64,000 nt of DNA from Lama glama (GCA_028534125.1 CM052817.1:86244001-86308000), one strand, 5' to 3'; shown: positions 25,705 through 39,940, counted from the first letter of the stretch. Numbers and translations are program-made. The notes: generated by a model not told the origin, from the sequence alone.

Positions 25705-26109
25705 TGTTATGGAATAAATTATGTCTTCTTAAAATACAAATTTTGAAGCCCTAATCCCCAGGGTGACCATATTTGGAGATAGGGCCTTTCAGGAAGTAAT
25801 TAAGGTTAAATGAGGTCATATGAGTGCATCCTTATTCTGATAGGACTGGTGTCTTTTTAAGAAGAGAAAGAGACACCAGAGATTTATCTCTCCTAAAAAG
25901 AACAAAAGAAAGGCCATGTGAGTACACAGCATATGGAGACTGTTGGCAAACCAGGAAGAGAGACCTCACCAGACACTGACCCTGCTGACACCTTGATCTT
26001 GAACCTCCAGCTTCTTGAAAATAAATTGATGTTGCTTAAGCTTTTCCAGTTTTTTTAATGTTTTTTTTTTGAAGCTTTTTTGTTACGGCAATCACAGCAG
26101 ACTAATAAA
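25705..26109 (+). mobile_element. MaLR solo LTR, MLT1A0/B-like
   Basis: tgttatggaataaattatgtc...atttggagatagggccttt...gacaccttgatcttgaacctccagc...gcagactaataaa; TSD acagt/atagt. Confidence 0.88.
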
Positions 26110-27362
26110 ATAGTAATAATTATAAAACTGGCATATATAATTACAGTTATTTAAAAAGTTATAGTTCAAAAACCTAGAAAAGGTTGAATTTTTTAAAGAA
26201 ATTTATGTACAGTTAATTCCTTTTCCTTTAAATGTACTACTTTGTCTTTTTTCTTGCTGCCCTGTTGGAATCTGTGGTAACGTATTTCTCAGTTTACTTA
26301 CTAACTAATTTCTAACATATTAAACCTGAATTTCAACAAACATGATCATTGCCTAATAAGTAGAATAATGCTTAAATTTTTGACAGATATTATTCACTTT
26401 TTTCCTTATTATTTAATAAAAATGCACTTGATACCAATGATTTATCCTCTGATATTGTAAAGTTCTTGGACATCTCTTAAGAGAAATGTGTCCACTTGCT
26501 CATTTGCAGGCAACGGGCTTTGTGACCTAGGTCAGTAAGGGTAAATGATAAGCTTCTCATGCAATTAGATACAATATGCTTCATCTACCCCCAAAATTAA
26601 TAAATTTTCTGGTCTGCTGACACCATTCTTTATTATTTTCAAGAGCTGCCACAGTTTATTTTATTTATTTTTAATGCTATTTTCTGTAGAATTATTAGAA
26701 GTGTACTTTGGCATTTCAAAGACATATAACTGCTTGCTTTTATTTCCAAAGCAGGAGGGCAATGAAAATCTCTCTTAAAAATCAGAGATATTCTTAGTCT
26801 CATTCTAGATGAAAATGTTAAGAATTGAAAGCAAAAGATAAAGGAAAATCTTTTATATAAGAAAATAAATAATGGAAAAAGAAATTAAAAAGCTAACTAA
26901 AATTGTATCTTGCTAATCTTATTAAAAAGTGGCTTTTATTGAATTATCCAATTAGTTTCCTTAAAATTAGTTTACCTAAAGAGAAATAGAATTTTATCAT
27001 GTATGTAGAAATTAAGAAAAAAAACACATTTGTTATTGACCTTTCTTTAAGCACTGTGAAGGTAGTTTTTAAAGCAGCTACCAAAAGTTTCATTTATTTC
27101 TGAACATCAAATTTAAAGTATAAATTAACACAACTAAATAGTTTATGTAAATTATTTTGATAGTGTTTTCTCAGATAATTTTCTAGAATTCAGAAATTTA
27201 ATTTATTCCTAAACAAATGAGAAAAAAAAAAAAAAAGAAATTCTGCCAAGTCTGAACTCTTGCATTTATGTAACTCCGTTGCATATTTTCTCTCTATATT
27301 TCAGGAAGGTTAATTATTTGCAGTTGGTGCTTGCTGCACATAGCTGTAGAGCCTACCAACGA

Positions 27363-27533
27363 TGATTGGTTCTTAACCTCACGCACATGTTAGAATAATA
27401 AGAGATATCTCAGTCTACCCATATTCCTTCTTAAAAATTGAAGTTCTGTTTTCACTGAACCAGAGTGAGACCAAGAAGTATTTTAAAACTCACGATGTGA
27501 TTCTACTATGAAGCCAAGATTCAGAGCCATGTG
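27363..27533. mobile_element. MER5-like hAT MITE, degraded
   Basis: tggttcttaacct...ttagaat...gtattttaaaactcacgatgtgattctactatgaagccaagattcagagcca. Confidence 0.45.
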
Positions 27534-30073
27534 TTCCATATATCTAAAATAAATACACATTAATAGTTGAAGTGGTTTTAAATTTGGATATTTATAATCT
27601 TGACTGAAAGGGGAGTACTTGTAATTGAAACCTGCCTTGGGCTTTCAAGTATTTATAATATACATCTGTTTTTTATTTTATTAAATATAATCTGATACTT
27701 ATTTTGTTTTTAACATTTATGATTCTAAAACACATTACAAGTTCCACAAAACATGCATTTTCTAAATGTCAACACTCTAAATACGCCATTCATTTCTTAA
27801 AATAGTATGTTAACTTAAAATTCAGTTTCTATGTTGACTCAGTTGACCTTAAAAATATAATTATTAGTTACTCAACAATAGGAAGATTTTTGCCATGTCT
27901 AAAGAAATATTTCAACTCTCATTTCAGATTTACTAAAAGACTGGATTTTTCTTTAGGTCTTTGCACAAGCTTGTCATTTGCTTTCTTTCCTTCATTCTTT
28001 CTTTTGGGGTCTGTGTGAAGTTTAAATAAAGAACTATGATTATCCGTAAAACTGATTGCTCAAAGTAATTAATCATTTTTCTAATGAAATAACCGGGGTA
28101 AATTAAGAATCTTGTAATTAAAGAGTTTTCTCTTGTGTAAATGAAACATTGAGAGACTGTGCTAGGAAATTACTATTTCAAAAACCAATCAAATTAAGTC
28201 CCCATACAATGGACTTTTAAAAGATTTATATATCACATATATTTTTTCTTAGATGATCATTGCATTTTTCTAATTAGAGAAGTACTTATTATTGTGTCAG
28301 ATAATTTGTGCAATTTATTATTTGTAGTCTGTTTTGTTAAAAATAAGTATCACTGGTACTTATCATGTGGTATATAATCAGGTTGGTTATACAATTGTTA
28401 AATAATGTGTAACCATATTTACTAAACACACTTCTTTCAAACATTTTTCTGATGCTTATTTGGAAGTTGTTGTTTTATATATGAAAAAGTACATCTTGGA
28501 TTTTAGAATTAAATTTAATCTATATGGCAAGTTCGTTTACCTGAAAAATCTCAGTAACAAATGCTAATATTAAAAGTAGTAGAAATTGCCTATTATCTGT
28601 ATACTTAAAACTATAGGAAAACAACTTCTGCCAGAAACACAACATAGCCAATTATTCTGAACTTTTCTGGGTAGCAGGAAGGATGGGCACAAGAACTTAG
28701 AAACTTGGGCTTTATCACTCATTAATTGATAGGTGATTAATAGCTATACCCATAATGAAATGGTAAACAAAAAAGTATTAACCAACACAAGGTTATAAAG
28801 AGGAAGTTTGTCTATCAGTACTGGAGCAATTAGTAAGAAAAATACATATTATTCCCTGAGAATTTGTAGCATTAGGGATACACATCATGTGTTGTCTTCA
28901 AATTTATGAATTATATAGTATTGAACCATCAAATTAAAAATTAACATATATCATCTTGTGAACAATGATACTTTGGGTGTTTTTCAGAGGAGATGCAAAA
29001 TCATTCTAGAGCAGGACTTAGAAAAAAAAAATTTTTTTCCTGTGAAGCACTAGACATTAAACATTTTAGGCTTTGTTGGCCACTGTAAAGAGAAGCTTAT
29101 AGCAGAATATTAGCCAAAAGGTAGAAAATATGAAAAGTCAAAACACATAGAGGATAGAATAAAAGTAAAATCCAAGGAGCATCTAATAGGAATTCCAGAA
29201 TAGAGAAAGTAGAAATAATGAAAGAGTAATGATCTTTTTCTACTTTTGGGAAGGATGGAATAGTTGGATAAGACCCATACTCCCATTTTAATGACAAGGA
29301 AAAGCTGAATTAATTTTAAAAATCACATTTATAAAGCATCAGATAACTTTGGAAGCAATTATGGATATATAAGCAGAATGTGTGATCAATGGCAGTAAAA
29401 TATTTATATATATGAACAGGTGGTTAAGTCTAAACAAAGTATTAGCTATGTAGAAGCAGAAGAAAAAAATCAGTAAAATAAATACTTGAAAACACTAGAA
29501 TACCTGTAAAATGGGATGGGGAATCAATATTCAGACATTATAAGACATTGTGTGTTACAGGGAATACACTAGTGATATTGATCTACTTTGAGTAAGGAAT
29601 GTATGGAAATGGAAAGGGATTCATCATCAATCCAGTGAAAGTCAAAGGAGGAGCAAAGCCATGGGAAACACATGGTAACAATTAGAGAAGATGTATATGT
29701 TATCAGGGAGGAAAATTAACACAGAACTGAGCATGTGTTCCCATCTAGTCCATGTGAACTTTTATCCTAATGGAATCCTCAGTTGAAAGAGATAGAAGTT
29801 AAAGTCTATAGCTGACATAAAATGGAGGTCTGGCCAGAGACCTATTTATACTAAACTAGAATATTAAAAACAAGTGGAGTCCACATGAAGGATAAAACAA
29901 GAATGAACCAGAACACTTCAGAATACCTGTAGCCTGGGATGAAATCTAGGTCATCCAGGGACTCTCACATTTTCACCTGAATTTAAAGTGGTCTGGGATA
30001 GGTAATGCCTATAAAAGCAAAGCTTCTGGAGGAACCTCCACAGTAGCTCTCAAGGTATTATTAGAAATTGTTT

Positions 30074-30240
30074 ACACTAATTAACTGTGTGAACTTGGCC
30101 AAGTCATTTATTATCTGAGATTCTCAGTTTCCTCAACGGTAAAGTGAATATAAAAGTAACTAATTTGTAGGTATGCATTGAGAATTAAGTTAATTAATTT
30201 TCTAAATCATTTAAACAGGGCCTGACGAAAGTGTAAGAAG
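30074..30240 (+). mobile_element. MIR
   Basis: actgtgtgaacttggccaagtcattt...ctcagtttcctcaacggtaaagtg core. Confidence 0.75.
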
Positions 30241-30890
30241 TATACTGTGTGTGTATGTGTATGTGAGCATTGCTTTCCTGTGTGTGTGCTCAAGTACAAG
30301 CTTGAGTACATGAGAGAGAAAGGATAAGCACATTGTCAGGGAGAACAGAATATCTGAAAAAAAAAAATCAACAGACAAGAGAAACATAATAAAACTTTAA
30401 ATCACAGAATTTACCAAGCAGACCTTAAAGAACAGGTATACGTATAAAGTTAAAGGAACAAAATACAAACTTGAAGATGCATGTAGGAAAATACAAAAGT
30501 GAATCTGGCATATTTAAAAAAAGGAACACTGACTAGAAATAACAGAGAACTACTAGAAAAATAACCCAAGTGTAACAGGGAGAAATAAAATGAAAGAAAA
30601 TATGGAAGACAAGTTAAAAGACACAGAGATTAGAAGATAGATTTCAAAGGCTAAGGGCAATAGCTAAAGAGATAATGTACAATGCTTTTTAAGTACTGAT
30701 GAAAGACAGATGTAAACAGATTTGAGCAGGTCAACAAATTCTCAACGAGGTAAGAAAAGTGAACTGCAGAAAACAAAAGATGCAAAAAATCTTAAAAACT
30801 GCCTAAAAATAAAAAGATTAATTCTAAAGAAACAACAATTAGCCTGACAGCTAATTTCTCATCAGAAAAAAAAAAATTCACAGTAAGATG

Positions 30891-31231
30891 TGTAAAAAAT
30901 TTTGTAAACAGAAACCTCAGTTAAATAGAGTTTGGAGATCAGAAGAGGATCTCTTATGTGCTGTCACAATAGCAGAGCCCGATAGGAAGAAGAGATTCTT
31001 CTCTCCCGCTCAGGACTCAGCCAAAGAAAAGCCACAGACATGGACTCTCTTTACTGTAGCCCTCCCAACTCCCTTTTCTCTTCTGTAAAAGCATTGTCTT
31101 TCCCTTGCTGTGTGGGGGTTTGCACATGGCTTACCGTGGTTGCAGATTCTGAATTGTAGTTTTCTGCTGATCCTGAATAAGCTCATATTTGTTGGATAAA
31201 CATCTGACAATCTATTTAATTTAGGTCAACA
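30891..31231 (+). mobile_element. ERV1-type solo LTR inserted in an L1 ORF1 relic
   Basis: TG...CA termini (tgtaaaaaattttgtaaacag...ttaggtcaaca), aataag poly(A)-like signal, TSD gatg/aatg; L1 continues on both sides. Confidence 0.75.
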
Positions 31232-32429
31232 AATGGAATGATAACCGCAGTATGTTTTAAAAATGTAAAATTTCTGTTTATTAACAGTATATTCCAATAA
31301 TGAAAGTGAAATAACTGAGATAAACCAAGATTCGGAATTTGTCTTCAGTAGAACTTCACTAAAATAAAATTTTAGATGATATAATTCAAATTGAAGAAAA
31401 ATAACCTTCAGTGTTTAGGAAAAATTTTACCTCTGAATTCTTTAAATAACACGTAAAGAAAATTAGGTTGTGCAGTTTTGTAAAAGTTGGTTCACTTATA
31501 TGTGGAGTTAAATTTTTCATATAATTCAAGAAGGAGGTATGGGTATTGATTAACATTAGAATTAAGCCAAAAAATACATTTCTTTTCTAGAGCAACCAAT
31601 GAGAGTTAGAAATAGAAATATATTTTCAAAGTAGAAAAAAGAATGATAAAAATAAAAAAGAATGAGAAGAGAGAACTAATTTCATCAAGCTGGATAAATG
31701 GTTATTATAAGTTAAGAACAGGTATTTAACACACACACATAATTTAATTTATACAAATAGGTAAAAATCTTTCATGAGTCATCCAAAGACAAAGACTTGA
31801 AGGTAGAGGAACAAAACCTCACTATATTTTATCTATATTTAATAGGTTTGCAGTACAGAAAAACAGAAGCTCAAAAATAAAACAATGGGAAAAGGTATAA
31901 CATGAGACTGCTATCCAAAAGACAACTGGCATAACCATATTCATAGAAGAAAAAGTCTTTGAGGCCGAATAATTGTCAGTGATAATGGGGACATTTTGTG
32001 AAGAATGTAATAATATAGTCTCAAAATACATAATGTAAAAGTTTTCATTATTACAATGAAATCACAATCACAGTAGGACATTTTAACACAGTTTCTCAGT
32101 CATTTATATAATTAGGAGAAAGAATCTTAGTGGAATCATGGGAAGGTCTGAACTACCTTAAATGAACTTGATCTAATGGGCATATACAAACCCCTGCACA
32201 TAAATAGTGCAGAGTGCACCTTCAATTATAAAATCACATAGTGATTCTGCTTCAAATAATGGTTCTGTAGTGTGTAAGAATTATATCCTCCCACAGAGAA
32301 CAGTCAAACTTTGGAGAAAATATAATAAGCAAATCTTTGAAGGCACCAAAGACAAATAACAAGCTGACAGAAACTGCAGTGGAGTTAAACTGGAAAAGGG
32401 AGAAACACAGATGAAATTTGCTCTAATAT

Positions 32430-32813
32430 CACTTTGGACCTCCCCTTCTTTTGATACCTGCACCTCTTTTCCCTTGTTCTGCTCCTGGGCTTCTAATAAC
32501 AGATTTTCCCCCTGTGATAAAAGTGATGAGGTCATTACCAAAGGCCAGTGGAATTCGCTTCCCGGAAATTTGCATCTTTAGCTGAGGCACACAAGCTGGA
32601 AGGGAATGAGAGCTTTGTTATGTGATCCTAGCGCCTACAAGAGAAGCTCACCAGTTCTACTTCTGATGACTAATTCTTCCTTCTCGTGACTTGGTTTTAC
32701 ATTCTGCCATTCCAATTCAGTAAGCCTACCAGTATGTTTCTAGTAAGTCTCTTTTTTGCTTCACGTAAGTCAGATTTGGTTTCTACTGCTTGCAAATAAA
32801 CAATTTTAATAAC
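32430..32813 (+). mobile_element. Old MaLR LTR (MLT1K/L-like) 3' part
   Basis: ttttttgcttcacgtaagtcagatttggtttctactgcttgcaa...taataaca terminus. Confidence 0.55.
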
Positions 32814-34889
32814 AAAAAAGTGAAGCACAAAGGGTAGATTCCATATATTGTTCCAAATGGAAAATATCAACAATAAATAATTTTATTAGTACAGATAAGT
32901 AAAATGTCTGTCTGATGAAATACAAAAACATGCAAAACAGAAAAGGAAAAACATCCTAAAGAAGTCAGTGCTAATTATGACTCTGAAAAAAGTCTATTGA
33001 CAATTCCATACTTTCTTAGAAGACAGAAATCCATTTCAGTAGCTTGCAAAAAGAAGTGGCTTGTATGAAATACAGAAAGAAAAAAAGAGACATATAAAGA
33101 ATGAGCATAGATGGAAAGAAAACTTCAAAGTTGAAAATCTGGGATTAAAAACACCTGTGTGAGATAGTACAGCATTTTAAGGAGTCAGAACAAATTAAGC
33201 TGATGTTTATTTGGGGCAGTGAATGTCAGAATTGTTATTGCAGACTATTGAAATAGTAACATATTACTGATGTGTGAAGCCCTCCAATACCATGTATGAG
33301 AAAGATCGGGCAATCAAAGTAATCAAATATAAGATGACAGCAGTCTAAACCCTGACTATAATCCAAGAATGTAGCTACTCTTGAGAAAGCAATGAGGAAA
33401 ATTAAAACAGGTAAGTTAATAAAATATAATATTAGAAAAATATGCATGATTGAAAAAGAATAAGCAAGTATGTTGATTAAAGCTCACTAATTACTCTCAG
33501 AAAAGTTTTTAAAAGTTACTACACCAGCAGATATTTTGCAAAGTCTAAATTTCCAAAGAAAAATCCCTATAAATAAGATGCAAAAATTGGAAATTTAACT
33601 ATAAAAAATGTTAGACTGACACAGACTCATCTGCAGAACAGCAGATATACGAAGACATTGTAGCAGTCATTTATAGATATTTGAAATCTGTTACTTCTAC
33701 GAAACTACTTAGAATTTCATTCTCAGCCTTACCATTAGTGTGTATGTGAAAACAACATAATGTTGTTCTCAGATAATCAGAAGTTTGGAATATTTACCCA
33801 TCAAGCTTATCTTGAAGATGAGCTTAAAGATAACATGGAGATTCTTGAGATAACACGGTACAAAAAAACTTATGAAATAACTTTTCCCTAAATTATAGAC
33901 AGCACATTTTGACTTCCAAAAATAATGCAAAAGCAAAGTAATAGATACAAGTATGGTTGCAGACTATTCTCAATATGAGAATTCCTTGGCAGTAAAGTTT
34001 TAAATGTTAAATGATAAATTAAGAATAAAAATATCCATAAATAAGTAGCATGTGAGATAGGGAAATAAAGATGTGTACGTTTCCTTGTTTTATGTAAGAG
34101 CTTAATTTTGTTCTTGTCTTTGATAATCAGAAAGTTACATACTGATAAATATATATTTTTTAACTTAAGGAGTCTAACAGATAAATGATATCTCTTACAA
34201 TGTATTGCATACTGCCTCAACTGGAGATTCACAATGTATATTAATATAAGAAATACTAGAATAATTCTTACAACAAGGAAAACAATTTAAATGTAGTTAA
34301 TCCAGTGTGTTAGCAATATATTCGACTTTTATTTTAGTTAGTGTAATTTGTTGAAAACAATAGAAGGTATCTGTAATCTTAAGCCAGCAAAAATAAATGT
34401 ATTGAAAAGGTATAAGACAACTATTAAAATTCACCAAAAAAAGCAGGAGGAAAAGGCCTAGACAGGAAACAAAGAACAACTCAAAGCCAATATTGGGCAA
34501 AGGAGGGAGATCCGTTTGTGATGTGGCCTTTGGGGTCTGATCTCTACAGCTGTTAGCCAATCATGTGGACCCTGGGCAGCCAGGATTTAGGGGCTAGCCA
34601 GCCATACTTAAGTCTGGTCTATGATTTGGTCTCCAGGTGGTAGGAAGAGGAACTCTACTCACACACAGCTTCACTGTGGGAAGGTCATATAACAGGATTC
34701 CTACGTAAAAGGAATGTTTTGCATAATGTATTCAGTGTCCATCCGTGTTTTGGCAAATGGCAGATGCTTTCACAGGCCAAATACTTAAAGTACTTATATG
34801 TCATAATGGAAACCAAAAGGAAAGGTTCCCATTAAATGTTTCCATTAAAATATTTACGGAAAGAGTAACACATGACTGTGCTGACTTCT

Positions 34890-35432
34890 TGTTACTGGGC
34901 TTAGGTCTAGCTGCTCACCGCTCAAAAACCAATATTCAAGAGGCAAGTGTTGGTAGAAAAGAACGTTATTTTAATCAGAAAAACTGGCAATCTGGGGAGA
35001 AGGTCAACGCATGTCCCAAAACCAACTCCAAAGAGTCTGCTCAGCCATGACAGTTTTTAAAGGGAAAAGGGGGAAAGAATTTCAGTGCATCATCAATTCA
35101 GGAGATCAAGCTCTATGTCATTTTCCATTGTGTGAAAGCTAGCTGACTACTCATGATCGGTCTTCAACTGTTATCTTGTCCCTTCGTGGTCTGCCTGCAG
35201 CATTGCTAAGAAGGCTGCTGCAGGTAGAGAGCTAATTATTCTTTACTTAATTCTTCATTCTTACTTCTTTTAGTCTAGGGAACGAATCAACAGGGTAGGC
35301 AAGGTATTGTGCATTTAGTAGAACATAAGTCAGGAGTTAGGTTAAATGTTACCCAATGATTTCATTTTTATAATTAAGGTTTAAGGGAAACAGACATTGA
35401 CAAACAGGAAAGAGACAAAAGAGCTGCTTACA
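34890..35432 (-). mobile_element. ERV1 solo LTR (lineage-specific type)
   Basis: tgttactgggcttaggt...gctgcttaca termini; exact TSD TTCT (34886-34889 / 35433-35436). Confidence 0.88.
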
Positions 35433-36877
35433 TTCTCAGGGTTCAAAATGTGAATCTGACACTGGATACGTTTTCATGGTCAAGAGCAGTCTCGGGAATC
35501 TGAGATTTCTCAATCACTTCTGTATAAAGAGTTAGAGTTAAAAATGTATAGAGAGACAGATGATATATGTGTGAATATGTAAAGAGTTTTACTTCTGATA
35601 TATTTAATTACATAAAATAAATTAAAAACAAGTTACATTGTAAAATTAAAAAGGGAAAAGAAAAGAGAGGTTGTAACTAACTCCTTGGGACCATTATGCA
35701 ATGAGAAACTGGTAACTCCAAGACTAGGAATAAAACTGTAGGGAAGATTAGAAGTAATATGAATGACTACTTCTGTTAGTTCCTAACATAGAAATTTCCT
35801 TTCCAAACTCAGCTGTGGGGGCTTTTGAGCTTATTTTATTTTTTGAGATTTCATCTTTCTTGAGGCATTTAAATTAGTAGTATGCTAATATTGATATATG
35901 ACATCCAGTCTATTAAAATCCATATGTAAATAGGTTTGGAAAACATTTTTAAAGAGATTAAAAAATAACTCTGCAGGAAAACAAAAACTTTGCTCTGAGT
36001 TTCACAACTACCCACTGATTGAAAATAGAACTTTCCTATGTACCCTCACATGGCTTTGTATATGATTCTGATGAAAATAACAATAACTAATAACCAGTTA
36101 ATCATGTATTAATTAATGCATCGTAGAAATAATTGACTTTGAAACTAACTTAGAGTTGTTAAGAAGCAAAAAGCAAATACATACTTCAGTAATGGTTTAG
36201 AACTAATTACTAGATAATAAACCATAGAAAATTTTATATTACAATTGCTGTTGCTTTAATTTGTAGGACAATCTTTTTAATATTTTACTACATTTTAAAT
36301 ATATTACCAAAATTTTCATTAATTCTCTACAGAGCTAGTGGATACATTAAAAATCAAGCAAAATATTGACTATTGAAGGTTTATAAGGAAAAGAATTTGC
36401 ATTGTATACTACCTCTTATAGAGCTATTTTTTGACACCACCAAGTTCTAAATGAATAAGTGTATAGTTGAAAAATATTAGGCTTTCCTAGTGAGGGCAAT
36501 ATATGAAATTACTATGTTTGAAGAGATGACTGGAATACTTCTGTCCATTCGACTATGACCAATAGAACCCTGAATTATAAATCAGATCTTCTAGACCAGC
36601 ACTTCACTACCATTTCCGACTGTACTACTTTAAAATAAGTGAATAGTAGTTGAAGACCACATAAGCACACTGCTTATGGTTGGAGACAGGTGACCTGAAG
36701 ATCCTGGCTGCCCAGGGTCCACATGAATTGGCTAACGGCTATAGGCATCAGACCCCACCTCTCCTGTAACACACCTTCCTCATCAGTGTGCTACTGCAGA
36801 CAACTGAGAAGTTTTGTTCTAAGCCACAGATACACAATCTAATTAATAAGTAATATGTAAAAGCAGAAACATCAAAA

Positions 36878-37521
36878 TGTTAGAGCAAGCAGAAAGCTAG
36901 ATATGAGCAGAGAAAAGGCGACATAGTGAAAAATGACAGGAAGTAGGCAAAAAAGGAGAGGCATGGGCCAAAAACAGGAAACCATACATCACGTAAGCAC
37001 CAGGGGTCCCTGAGAAGAGAAAGAAAAACAGAAACCTCGGAGCTGATAAGCACTCACACATTTTGGGATGACAAGTGGCCTGGAGGCCGACAAAGAAAGG
37101 TAGTAAAAGGCAGGAATCTCCAGTGTTCGAATGTAACCTTTTGATCATTATGCTTTTATTTCAGTAAAATAGCCTTGCAGTACTCATCTTGCACCAACAC
37201 TTCCGATGACATGACATTTCCGATCCAAACTAAGTAAGAATAAAAATCCTTCCTCCCCTCAGGAAGGTGGAGCTGGGATGAAAATCAGGGAATACGAGGC
37301 CAAACCCTTCCCTCCCCAATGAATATTCCACCCATTCATTTTTACATCTATGTAACCAACTTGCCAAAGAAACTCTGGGCAGCTACTCACCTGACCCTGC
37401 CCACTCTCCATTGAAGGCGTACTATCTATCCCTTAATAAATGCCCACTTTACTTTCTTAACCTCCGTGTCTTGTGTCTGAATTCTTTCTGTGACAAGACA
37501 AAAACCTGATCACTGGCAACA
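36878..37521 (+). mobile_element. ERV1 solo LTR
   Basis: tgttagagcaagcagaaagctagatatgagcag...cactggcaaca; CCAAT ~37316, AATAAA 37435, tctgaattctttctgtgacaagacaaaaacc U5 motif; TSD AAAA. Confidence 0.85.
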
Positions 37522-37729
37522 AAAATGCATTCAAGACAAACAACAGAAAGTCTGCTCTTCATTTGTTTTAACAGTGAAGAAATTCTCAGACACATCCTGA
37601 AGAAGGAAGTGTTTCATATTAAGGCTTTTTTTTTTTCCTAATAACAACTGGTGCAGTATTTTTTGTTACTCTTATATTGAAAGGAGATAGAATTTATGTT
37701 TCAGTAATGAAGTGGAAGACCATCTTTTG

Positions 37730-38027
37730 TGCCTGATTAGGTCATATTAAATCACCTGCTCACCCGTGAATCATTATCAACTTAGAAGCAATGCTATAAA
37801 CTGATGTTAAGTCTGGGTTTCCTACAGAATCTTTGAGCTAAAAAAAAAGGAAGGATCTTGACCACAAAGGGGCCATCTCTGCCCTTTGGGGCTGAGTGAG
37901 ATTTCCCTGATTCATGTATGCTGCATGGGGGAAGGGTAGATTCTTGCATACTATCAGAATGCCATTTAGAAGAAGAAAAGAGGAGTGGATTGATGGGTAG
38001 GCAATTAACAGTGTTCATCCACTGCAA
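37730..38027 (-). mobile_element. Old MaLR LTR (MLT1K-like)
   Basis: gattaggtcatattaaatcacctgctcacccgtgaatca...gatgggtaggcaattaacagtgttcatccactgca. Confidence 0.55.
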
Positions 38028-39199
38028 GATGAAAGGCAATGTCTTATTGTTTCTATTGTGGTGGCTCTGAAATAGAGCACATTAAGTTTTCCTTATTTTG
38101 ATTAAATCTTTGCTAAAAACAGATTTAAAAAGAAATCCTCCTACAGTTTATCCATATCCATGCTGCTCTACACTAAATATCTTTTTGATTAGTTATTTTA
38201 AAACTATATTTGATTTCCTTCTAAAATTGTCGTTTTGCAACTTCAAACACATGCAAATATTGTGTTTTTCCCCTAAAGGGAATTTTCCTTTTTTTAAAAA
38301 ACATAAAACTATTTTTCCAAAAAAAAAATTACTTCCATCAACTTGTGACTTGTTGAATGATGTCTTTATTAGCGTAATAGTTTCTAGAGCAAGTTAAAAC
38401 CTAATATGCACTATTTATAAAAAATGGGTAATATTGTTTCAACTTAACATTGAAAAAAATAGAAAAAATTTTAAGTTTCAGTCCAACAGCAGCCAAAGGA
38501 GCTCAGAAACAGTAATCTTAGTGCTAGCCTGGCAGACACAGTCTACACAGAACTTAATCAAAATAAGATTAAAAGTCCATAGCAATTTCCTTGAGTGGCC
38601 AGTCAGATATCCCCCATTACAATCACCAACCAGTCTGCCCCTGGAGCCTATTTCAGAAATAAATTGGTTCAGAGATGAGGTGATGCAGAAGAAGGAAAAA
38701 AAAAAATGTTTTCTTGAGACTCTACCCTAAATTGCATCAAGTAAGACAGGAAACTTCAAAGTCTTTTTATTCTGAAATACTTTTTCCTGCTTTATATCTT
38801 CTTGAATGTATTACTGGTGTATTAAATATTTGTTTAGATGACTTATTATTCAACTTTGTATAGGTGGTATTAAATATTTAGTAAGATAGCAACAGTAATT
38901 ATACTTGGGCAGTGATTCAAAGGAGAACTCTATTCAGTTATTAGAAGAATTGCATAATTACTTTATTAATATGGCTTGGCAGTCACAAACATTGTATAAT
39001 ACCAGAGAAACCTGAAAGAGGTGCCATTAACCAGGAGCCTTAAAAAGAAACCATCATTCTGTGGGATACCCCTAGGCATATTCCTTAAAGGGAGAGAGAG
39101 TATTTCTAAATGTATTATATCACTGAAACTTCATTACCTAAGTGGAATGTCCCATTTTTGCTATTAAAAGTGATTGATCCAGATTTTTTCATAGAGTAA

Positions 39200-39445
39200 C
39201 TCAATTAAAAAGAGCCTACTGACACCATACTGTATAAAATGTTTTATGAATAATTTTTGCATTACTTTTGCATGTATTGTCACATTTGATTATCTCAAAA
39301 ACTCAAATACCTCATAAAATATGGACTCTTATTACAATTTTATTGAGAAGAAAACTGAATAATAGAAGTTAAATGTTTTTTCTCAAGGAGATGTAAGTAT
39401 ATGATAGCAAGCGCCCTAAACCCACATTTTAACAATCTAAGTTTA
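39200..39445 (-). mobile_element. MIR
   Basis: ttttgcatgtattgtcacatttgatt...attttattgagaagaaaactgaa...gaagttaaatg. Confidence 0.6.
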
Positions 39446-39501
39446 GATGGCTTGGCATCATGTCAGAATTGCCTCACTTTAACCATGGTCCATGTGTTTA
39501 G

Positions 39502-39640
39502 ATAATGTTCTCAAACTCCATTGTACATGTGAATCATCATGGGATTATTAATAAAAGGTGGACACTTCGGCTGTGACCCCAGAGAACCTGACTCTGTAAA
39601 TTTGGGTTCAGATCTAGGTTGAATAACGCAGGTGATGCAG
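39502..39640. mobile_element. MER5A/B-like MITE
   Basis: gttctcaaact...gaatcatcatggg...ccccagagaacctgactctgtaaatttggg...caggtgatgc. Confidence 0.6.
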
Positions 39641-39940
39641 ATTTCTCTCAATTGTATAGAGGAGAAGAATTGGCCATGAAGACTCAAAATGTCTCAAGAG
39701 TTCTCTTTTACTTCACACTCTGGGCTAATTTGCACAGAATTGCCACTTTTAAGTTTAAGTAAGCACATGGAATTTGCCTGTTTTAATTTTTCAGGTAATA
39801 ACAGCCTTGGTCTTAAAACTATGTCTTGTATAAATTCTACCCTGACACCTAATGAAGGAACAGTTACAAGATTTGTATAGGAATTCCTCTTCTTAACCTC
39901 AGTTATAACCTTTGCAGTCTGACAGAAATATCAGCACCAT

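Larger units (their letters stand above)
29100..34480 (+). mobile_element. Mosaic of very old L1M 5'/ORF1/EN relics hosting younger insertions
   Basis: ctaataggaattccagaa, aattagcctgacagctaatttctcatcagaaa (ORF1); gggaaaaggtataacatg, cagtaggacattttaacacag, cttgatctaatgggcatataca (EN); strong A skew. Confidence 0.55.

Noticed and set aside
26510..26536. 21-nt exon candidate cAG|GCAACGGGCTTTGTGACCTAG|GTCAGT
   Set aside because: Weak pyrimidine tract, stops in two frames, unrecognised peptide
30285..30310. Hairpin tgtgctcaag-tacaag-cttgagtaca
   Set aside because: Short, imperfect and embedded in TG-rich low-complexity sequence
39780..39800. Recursive-splice-like ttttcAG|GTAATA (also 44845-44855, 48170-48182)
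   Set aside because: Such motifs are common in AT-rich DNA, donors are weak, and no host gene or strand can be established
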